DNA of 24,388 bases from a virus. Taxonomy: Duplodnaviria; Caudoviricetes. The stretch spans positions 1 to 24,388 of the IMG/VR virus record IMGVR_UViG_3300044674_001151; one strand, 5' to 3'. Position 1 is the stretch's first letter. Each line of letters opens with the position of its first letter. This document shows positions 8,494 to 15,573 of the stretch, piece by piece. The position numbers and the translations under genes were made by a program. The notes under the pieces were generated by a model. It worked only from the letters and a program-made list of their open reading frames with translations, was not told where the DNA came from and made no database searches.

Positions 8494-10094
8494 AGATACC
8501 CACTTATACGAGGCAGACAGCCCAGCCTCGACAAGGCGCAGGCACATTCTTGAGTGCCCAACTATCGCCAGCCGCGATGTCGGCGCCTGCGAGAGCTGCA
8601 GCCGAAAGCGCAAATGAGCTGGCTCGTACTGCAGGACAGGTTACCGACCTTATTTACCAAAAGGCGGCGATCGATGCAGAGAGCCGCGCGATCGAGGCGG
8701 CCGCGAATTACGCAACCGAGCTTGAGGAGTTGTCGCAGCGCGCGCTGTTGCAGCCACCAGCGACCGCTGAGAGGACTTTTGAACAGGGGGCTAAGCTAGC
8801 TGCGCAAAAGTCGTCGGTTGGCATGAATAGCCTTGCGCTCCGCGAGTTGCAACGTCGCTTACCAGGCGTGCGCACGCAGTCTGCAATCAACTTCAAGCGC
8901 GCAAACAACCAGCGCTACATCGAGCAAGCGCAGGCCAATGTAACGCTCACGACAGACAGCGCTGTCGACATCGGCTCTAACGTCAGCAACACGCTAATCC
9001 AGCGGCTAGAGTCAATCGCAGCTGCGCGGTTGGAGATCGACAACTCTGCCGATCGGATAGGCGGAGATAAGGCTGCGCTGGCGCACTTAAAGCTCGACGA
9101 AGATCTGGCAACTAACATTGTCGCGAGCGCGATGACGCGCGATGCAAACCCGCTTCGCGTTGCAGAAGCGTTTGCGCGTGGAACTCTCGACGACCCTGTT
9201 CTCCGAAACATTAGCCTGTCGCCTGCGCAGCGCCAGGAGATTGCGAACTCGGCATACGACGAGGCGTCGAAGCTGATTGAAGTGCGCCAAAAGCAGCGCG
9301 CTGATCAAGACAAGGCGGGGCGCGAGGAGCTTAACGCGCTGAACCGCGAGGTTGTAAACGTCGACTTGAACGACCCGGCGGCCGTTGATGCCGCGCGTGA
9401 TACTTACGCCAGGCTTCTTGCCGTTGGGTACTACGAGACGACGGCGGCCCGCGATGCTGTTTACAAGCTGCTGTATCCCGAATCTGAGCCGGTCACGTTT
9501 ACCCCGACTGCCGACTCGATAGCAGAAGAGAACCGGCTGGAAGAGCTTGAGAGCTTGAACCAGCTCACCTACAGCGAGCTTCTTGCAGCGCGCGACCGCG
9601 TATCCCCCGTGTTTTTCGGCCAGATGCTGCAGGCGCTGGAGGGCGACAGGTCTGAAGCCGAAACCGACGCAATCAACCTGTTTCGCGATGCGTTCATGTA
9701 CACGGAGCAGGCAGACGACGGCGGCACACTAAAGGCACCGTCGCGCGCGGCGTTCCGGTCAAGTAGCAGGGAGCTGCGCGCATGGATACGCGACAACCCC
9801 GCGGCGCCATACAGCGCAGTACTGTCGGAAGCAGAGCGCATTGTGAGCGGCAAGCGCGACAAGTTCATCCAGACGATGCAGCAGAACCAGCGCCTCGAGT
9901 TGGCGAGTATGGCGAGTACGCTAGGTCGTTTCCCGCTGCAAATTGAAGGCGAAGGCGCGGCATCGATGGCCGAAATCCGAGGTTATTTAGCTGATCAACT
10001 GGCGCTAGATCAGCCGATTGCTCTCAGAGATCGGTTTCTTCAGATGCTGCGCATAGCAAACGAAGAATATACGTTCGAGGCCTTGCTGCCATGA
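8490..10094 (+). CDS. internal virion protein (gp15-like position)
   Basis: 534 aa, helical, MKIPTY N-terminus; ATGA-coupled to both neighbours; assignment by synteny. Confidence 0.6.
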   Translation: MKIPTYTRQTAQPRQGAGTFLSAQLSPAAMSAPARAAAESANELARTAGQVTDLIYQKAAIDAESRAIEAAANYATELEELSQRALLQPPATAERTFEQGAKLAAQKSSVGMNSLALRELQRRLPGVRTQSAINFKRANNQRYIEQAQANVTLTTDSAVDIGSNVSNTLIQRLESIAAARLEIDNSADRIGGDKAALAHLKLDEDLATNIVASAMTRDANPLRVAEAFARGTLDDPVLRNISLSPAQRQEIANSAYDEASKLIEVRQKQRADQDKAGREELNALNREVVNVDLNDPAAVDAARDTYARLLAVGYYETTAARDAVYKLLYPESEPVTFTPTADSIAEENRLEELESLNQLTYSELLAARDRVSPVFFGQMLQALEGDRSEAETDAINLFRDAFMYTEQADDGGTLKAPSRAAFRSSSRELRAWIRDNPAAPYSAVLSEAERIVSGKRDKFIQTMQQNQRLELASMASTLGRFPLQIEGEGAASMAEIRGYLADQLALDQPIALRDRFLQMLRIANEEYTFEALLP

Positions 10095-12274
10095 GTGATC
10101 TGGACGACATCTTTGAGCAGTACAGAGACGCTGATGCGCTGCGTAGCGTGCCATTTCGCCCTGATCAATTTTCGCAACTGCAAACCGACCTGGACGGCGA
10201 GCAATACGGCATGGTCGGGGAGATTGCCGTCCCCGTCGGGCGTGAGCCGTCGCCGGCTCCCGCCAGCGCGGCGCCTGCGCCGCAGGCCGAAGAAAACAAA
10301 GGCTTCGAGATTGGCGGCGTACCTATCGGCGATATCGAGACGGCGCTCAATGCGCCATTTGCCGGCATTGCTCGCGGTGTCTCGCGGTTCATCGGAAACA
10401 CTGCTGCAGCTTTTGGCCTTGTCGACCAGGCCAAGGTTGATCGGTTCTTTGACGCTGCTGACCGCATTACAACAGACGTCCAACAGGACAACCTTCCCGC
10501 TCAAATCCTTGGCGGCGCGGGTGATATTGTTGGTCAATTTGTTGTACCAGCAAGCGCCGGGATTAAGCTGCTAAAGGCCGCCGGTGCCTCGCCGTTCGTC
10601 GCTAGTCTAGTTAGCGACAGCCTTGTCGGCCTGCTTGGCATGTCGCCTAACGACGAAGCGCTCGCGAATATGATCAGCGAGGATGCCTCGCATCCGGCTG
10701 TTGTCGCTCTTCGAAATCTGATGGCAACGGACCCAGATGATCCGGAGTGGGTCAACCGCTCGCGCAATGCCGCCGAGGCGTTTGCCTTGCTCGGAATGAG
10801 CGAGGCTGTTGTGCGCTCGCTGCCAGAGATCGTGCGGCAGACGAAACAATTCGCGCGGACTGAGTTCGGGCAAGGCCTTGAGCGTCTGTCTGCCGCCGGT
10901 CGCGCAGCTGACGAGCGCATTGCCGAGCTGTCGCGTGGCGGCACGATGATGGCGAACCCGATCGCGGCTGCTGCGGATGTCGTGGTGTCGGGCGCTGGTC
11001 GTGTGGCGGGGGCGCTTAGTCCCAGTATGTCTGAAGTATCGCCGCGGATGGTTAGCGCACGATATCCGACAGCAGTGAAGCGCGCTGAAGACCCAGTTTC
11101 GAGTCAACTAAACATTGGCTACGAAGCGATTGCGGCAGACCCAAAACTATTGCGCAGGAACACAGATATTCTGCGAGCTTACCCTGGTGCTCGTGCGGAC
11201 GCAGCGGTAGACCCAGAGGAGTTTGCTGCACAATTTATTAATGACGCGAAAGAGAACTTGATCTGGCTGCATAATCGAGTGCCAGAAGCAACTCGTATGC
11301 GTTCAAAGCTCTGGTACGATGGTGCCAACAAATTAGCTAAAGAGCTTTCTGGAAAATACGGTATCCCAGATACTGCGGTGGCCGGTGTGATGGCGGCGCT
11401 TTCACCGCAAAAAGACTGGTTTATGAATGTTTCTTTGGCTGAACGAACGCTTGAAGTGTTAGCAAACAAGCAAGGTTTTGCGATTAACGGCGCCATGTTG
11501 GCGCGGATGGAAGAAATTTTTCCAGGCGAGAAGTACGCGGCGTTGCGTGAAGCGATGACGGGGAAGACACTAGGCGAGCTTAAAGACCCAACTGAAAAAG
11601 CGTTTTTCGTTCGCCTCCATGACGAAACATTTGCCGACAGGACTCACCGCATTATTACGCCCGAAGGAAACCGTGGCGACGTTGTCTTGACAGACAAAGG
11701 TTTGCCAAGCGGAACAGGTTGGGGGTCGCTCGTTGAAATATCTAAAGCGGTGAGAGCATTTGAAAGTGAAGGCGACCGTGGCTTGATGACCGAAATTCTC
11801 GGGACAAAGCATAAGGTACGCAGCTTCTACAACAACATTATCGAGCCAAACAGTGCCAACGGGGACGTGACCATCGACACGCACGCCGTTGCGGCAGCAC
11901 TAATGCGGCCCTTGTCTGGTCAGAGCGCGGAGGTTCACCACAATTTTGGCTCAACCCCACTCAAAGTGAAGCAGCCTAAAGGCTGGCAAGCCGCGGCTAA
12001 TTCTTCCAAGACTGGTGTGCAGGGAACGTATGGCCTTTACGCACAAGCGTACCGTGACGCGGCACAAGAGTTGGGCCTTTTGCCGCGCGAATTGCAGTCC
12101 ATAACGTGGGAGGCAATCAGAGGTCTGTTTGATGCGGGCTTCAAAACGCCCAAAAATACCAGTATGGTAGACGATCTATGGCGAAGCCATGCTCAAGGAA
12201 GATTGTCGATCGATGACGTCAGAAAAGCCGTCGAAGACGCCGCAGGAGGAATCGATGCCCCAAGCTGGGAATGA
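10091..12274 (+). CDS. internal virion protein with C-terminal HhH-GPD DNA-glycosylase-like domain
   Basis: 727 aa. The first ~310 aa are Gly/Ala-rich with hydrophobic helices (ejection-protein-like, high GC). The last ~415 aa are lower GC and carry WY, AALSPQ..W..N, K.RSFYNNI, VTIDTHA and PRELQSITW motifs. Confidence 0.65.
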   Translation: MSDLDDIFEQYRDADALRSVPFRPDQFSQLQTDLDGEQYGMVGEIAVPVGREPSPAPASAAPAPQAEENKGFEIGGVPIGDIETALNAPFAGIARGVSRFIGNTAAAFGLVDQAKVDRFFDAADRITTDVQQDNLPAQILGGAGDIVGQFVVPASAGIKLLKAAGASPFVASLVSDSLVGLLGMSPNDEALANMISEDASHPAVVALRNLMATDPDDPEWVNRSRNAAEAFALLGMSEAVVRSLPEIVRQTKQFARTEFGQGLERLSAAGRAADERIAELSRGGTMMANPIAAAADVVVSGAGRVAGALSPSMSEVSPRMVSARYPTAVKRAEDPVSSQLNIGYEAIAADPKLLRRNTDILRAYPGARADAAVDPEEFAAQFINDAKENLIWLHNRVPEATRMRSKLWYDGANKLAKELSGKYGIPDTAVAGVMAALSPQKDWFMNVSLAERTLEVLANKQGFAINGAMLARMEEIFPGEKYAALREAMTGKTLGELKDPTEKAFFVRLHDETFADRTHRIITPEGNRGDVVLTDKGLPSGTGWGSLVEISKAVRAFESEGDRGLMTEILGTKHKVRSFYNNIIEPNSANGDVTIDTHAVAAALMRPLSGQSAEVHHNFGSTPLKVKQPKGWQAAANSSKTGVQGTYGLYAQAYRDAAQELGLLPRELQSITWEAIRGLFDAGFKTPKNTSMVDDLWRSHAQGRLSIDDVRKAVEDAAGGIDAPSWE
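12140..12168 (+). promoter_or_regulatory. possible internal sigma70 promoter for the small acidic ORF
   Basis: TTCAAA-17 bp-TATGGT; each hexamer is 4/6 to consensus, about 85 nt upstream of ATG 12255. Could be chance. Confidence 0.25.
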
Positions 12275-12419
12275 AGACGACGTTGTTATTTTGATGCGCA
12301 AATTAGGCTTGCCTATGGATCGACAGACATACCTAGAGTTGGCCTATTTTGGAGCCGCGCCAGAAGAACTGAGCGCTGAAGAAGAGTCCGAGCTGCCGGG
12401 GATTTTTCAGCAGAACTAG
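12255..12419 (+). CDS. small acidic protein (54 aa), candidate immunity/inhibitor
   Basis: AGGAGGA RBS at 12244-12250, ATG 12255 (in frame with track ORF 12189). MPQAGNEDDVVILMRKLGLPMDRQTYLELAYFGAAPEELSAEEESELPGIFQQN; 11 D/E vs 3 K/R; overlaps the upstream gene by 20 nt. Confidence 0.7.
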   Translation: MPQAGNEDDVVILMRKLGLPMDRQTYLELAYFGAAPEELSAEEESELPGIFQQN

Positions 12420-12441
12420 GCTAACCACAACGAGCTAAACC

Positions 12442-12465
12442 AAGGCGCCCCCGGGCGCCTTTTTT
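12442..12465 (+). terminator. rho-independent terminator
   Basis: AAGGCGCC-CCCG-GGCGCCTT followed by a T run (6 T from 12460). Confidence 0.8.
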
Positions 12466-12479
12466 ATTGGGAAAACCAT

Positions 12480-15400
12480 ATGGCACTACCGGATAGCGCG
12501 ATGGACGCATCGCGCACAGGCGCGCCCTTGCGTCCCGAAGGCGAGGTCCAGGTAGCGAGCGCTGCCGCCGATTTTCTGAAGCTGCTGAACAACCTCAAGC
12601 GCGCGCAGCGCGTGCCGACGCCGATCGAGGAGCGCGCGGCGGGCAAAGGCGCCTACGAAGCGCGACAGCGGGAAGGCGCGCAGCAGCTCTTGAGCCCAGA
12701 GGGCCAGCAGCGCTTTAGCGACGCCAACAATATCGCAAACGAGGCTATCCGACCGGACCCCACCGTTCGCTACGCGGAGGAGGCGCTCAATCAGCAGCCC
12801 GAGCAAGTTGTCGCCGGCGCGCGGGAAGGGCTACGCGGAGTCGACCCAGCGACAATGGAGACTTCGCCGCGGGTCGCCGCTGCGCAACCTGGCGCAACCG
12901 AAATCGATGCGGGCGACGCTATACGACTGACTAGCGAAACGAGAGTCGATGACTTTATTCGCAACGGTAGCGAGGGTGTCGACTTTAATTTCGATCGCAT
13001 CGAAACCGGCGACGACGTCAAGCTACTCGTCAATACGATGAGCGATATCTACGCCAGCCCAATCGAAGCTGCAAAGCGTGGCATCCAGACAAACTTGGAG
13101 ACGACGGCGCGTGCAGACGAGCTGCTCGCTGATGAGCTGGGCCTGACGCGCACGCTGCTGAAACGCAAAACAGGCGAGCTATTGAACGCTGAGCAGATGA
13201 CAGCTGCGCGTGTTGTTCTTGTGCGCTCGGCCGAGCGACTGATCGATTTGGCAACTGCCATCCGCGACGGCGACACGACGGCCGCCACGATGGTCAAGTT
13301 CCGTCGACAGATGGCTATTCACGCCGGGATACAAATGCAGGTGAAGGGCGCGCAGACCGAGATCGCGCGATCGCTGCAAGCAATGCGCATTCCGGCAGCC
13401 GCGCGCACGCTCGAGGACGTCGCCAATTTTCAGGAAATTGTACTGCAAGAGAGCGGCGGCCGAAAAGCCGCTGCCAAGATGGCGCAGGCGGTGCTGAAAG
13501 CGAACGCAACCGGCGGTCGCGCGCAGGTCCATAAAGTTGCGATGAACGGCTGGAAGCGAGCCGAGGGCATTTTCGCAGAGGTGTACGTGAACGGCCTGTT
13601 GAGTTGGCTCCCGACGCACGTCAAGAATTTCGTCGGCACTCCGCTGTTCATGGCTTGGCAGCTCCAAGTAGAGCTGCTGGCTGGCGTCTACGGTGGCATG
13701 GAGCGTGGCATTCGAAGCGCGGTGGGCGCAGGCCGCGACGAGGAAGGTGTTTACGTCGGTCAAGCGGCAGCGCGGGTCATCGGCTACACGCAGGCTGTGC
13801 GAGACGCTTTCGTGACTGCCTCGCGCACAATGGCGACAGAAGACAGCGCGGACGCGCTTAACAAAATCGAAGGCGCCTCTTTCAAGAATATCAGGTCCGA
13901 GTCGAGTGGTCCGTTCGGTCGCTTTTTCAACGCGGTCGGCAAGGTTGTGCGGTTACCAAGCGCTGGCCTGATGGGCGCCGACGACTTCTGGAAGGTTTTT
14001 GCGCAGCGCGGTGAGCTCTACGCGCAGGCCTATGGCGAGGCCCGCCAGGCACTAAGGCTGGGCAAGTCGCAGCAAGAGGCGACCGACAACATGATGATGG
14101 CGATCCTAGATCCGCGCAGCTACGCCGGCGAGCTTGACGAGTTCGCGCGCTATTCGACGCTGACTAGCGACACGGGGTGGCTCGCTAAACTAGGCCGCGG
14201 TATGCAAAGCGTTCCTTTCTTCGGACGCATGTATGTGCCGTTCGTCACCGCGCCTACGAACAGCATCCTGCGGTACTACGAAATGATGGTGCCTAATTCA
14301 GGCGTTTTGAAAGACCCCGTCGCGCGCCAAAAGGCGCTGGCGCGCCTGACAATCGGATGGGGCGCGAGCTACGGCCTCTACAGCATGGCGATCGACGGCC
14401 GCATCACCGGCGCATATCCGCGCGAGCAATCACAGCGTGATTTGCTGCCGCCGGGATGGCAGCCATACAGCTTTGTCTTTCGCGGCGATAACTGGCCGAC
14501 GGATGAAGACGGCGACCCTTTGCCCATATACGACCGCGTGACCGGTGCGCCAAACGGCCCGCTTACATACGTCTCTTACGCCGGCATCGAGCCAGTGGGC
14601 GCGCTGATCGGTATTGCTGCGGAAACCGCTGAGCGGATGCGCCGCACGAACGACCCAGAGGCCCGCCAAAATATCGCCTCCGCAGCGATCGGGGCAGGCC
14701 TCAAATACCTCACTGATCTTCCGATGTTGCAAAGTATGGGTGACATTATGGAAGTGTTAGAGCGTGGGGATCTTAAACAGCTAGCGCGATCTCCGATCGG
14801 CGGCATGATGCCATTTTCATCGGCGGTGCGCGCGGTCGAGCGCTCGATCGATCCGACAATTCGGAAGCCGAGCGGCTCATACGATTACTACACGCTCGAA
14901 GACGTGCAGGAGATGGGCCCAGACGAATCTGGACTGCTCCAAACCGATTTGATCGGCACCGTTAAGGGTGGCGTTATTCCCGGCTTTTTAGACGGCCTGG
15001 CGCAGTACAAGGCGATGCTCACGGAGCGGCCTCTATATGGCGGTGCGTCAGACGAAGAGACTGGCATCCAGTACGACATCTTGGGCCGCGCGCGAGAGAG
15101 CAGCGTTCGCTTTGACGTTAGCCCGGTCCTGGCTTTTTACAATCTCGCGATGCCTTTCGACATATCGGCTGGCGAGGCGCCGGGGCCGGTCGAGCTCGCG
15201 CACATAGAACTTGGCGGCCCGCTCCGCATGAAAAAAGAGAAGAGCGGCGGCTTTCGCTTCACCGAGGCGTTGCAGGCGCAGTGGGTAAACGCTGCAAAAA
15301 ACGAAGTGATGTTGCCAGACGCGCGCGGACAGCTCGTGGATTTCAGAACTGCGATGACGGCTCTCGTGCTTTCGCCGAGCTTCCTGCGCGTCGGGCGCAC

Positions 15401-15569
15401 CGAAACGCCGGAGCAACGGCGCACGCGCCAGCGCAATGCGATGAGAAATCTCGAGGACGAGTATTTCGATGCTGGCCTCGAGCGCACACTCGCGCGGCCC
15501 GAGAACCAAGACGTGTACCTGGCATATCGCGACTACACCAACAACCGAAATCGAGCGCAAGGACAATAA
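12480..15569 (+). CDS. large internal virion protein (T7 gp16-like)
   Basis: 1029 aa, helical; E.YVNGLLS..PTH.KN, L.GADDFWK, PFV.APTN, G.ITG..P, GWQPYS, YVSY...EP.G motifs of podovirus large ejection proteins; lies just before the tail fibre. Confidence 0.75.
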   Translation: MALPDSAMDASRTGAPLRPEGEVQVASAAADFLKLLNNLKRAQRVPTPIEERAAGKGAYEARQREGAQQLLSPEGQQRFSDANNIANEAIRPDPTVRYAEEALNQQPEQVVAGAREGLRGVDPATMETSPRVAAAQPGATEIDAGDAIRLTSETRVDDFIRNGSEGVDFNFDRIETGDDVKLLVNTMSDIYASPIEAAKRGIQTNLETTARADELLADELGLTRTLLKRKTGELLNAEQMTAARVVLVRSAERLIDLATAIRDGDTTAATMVKFRRQMAIHAGIQMQVKGAQTEIARSLQAMRIPAAARTLEDVANFQEIVLQESGGRKAAAKMAQAVLKANATGGRAQVHKVAMNGWKRAEGIFAEVYVNGLLSWLPTHVKNFVGTPLFMAWQLQVELLAGVYGGMERGIRSAVGAGRDEEGVYVGQAAARVIGYTQAVRDAFVTASRTMATEDSADALNKIEGASFKNIRSESSGPFGRFFNAVGKVVRLPSAGLMGADDFWKVFAQRGELYAQAYGEARQALRLGKSQQEATDNMMMAILDPRSYAGELDEFARYSTLTSDTGWLAKLGRGMQSVPFFGRMYVPFVTAPTNSILRYYEMMVPNSGVLKDPVARQKALARLTIGWGASYGLYSMAIDGRITGAYPREQSQRDLLPPGWQPYSFVFRGDNWPTDEDGDPLPIYDRVTGAPNGPLTYVSYAGIEPVGALIGIAAETAERMRRTNDPEARQNIASAAIGAGLKYLTDLPMLQSMGDIMEVLERGDLKQLARSPIGGMMPFSSAVRAVERSIDPTIRKPSGSYDYYTLEDVQEMGPDESGLLQTDLIGTVKGGVIPGFLDGLAQYKAMLTERPLYGGASDEETGIQYDILGRARESSVRFDVSPVLAFYNLAMPFDISAGEAPGPVELAHIELGGPLRMKKEKSGGFRFTEALQAQWVNAAKNEVMLPDARGQLVDFRTAMTALVLSPSFLRVGRTETPEQRRTRQRNAMRNLEDEYFDAGLERTLARPENQDVYLAYRDYTNNRNRAQGQ

Positions 15570-15573
15570 GACG

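Noticed and set aside
8490-15569. Lytic transglycosylase domain in the ejection proteins (as in T7 gp16)
   Set aside because: I could not recognise SLT or lysozyme motifs by eye; an HMM search is needed to exclude a divergent one.
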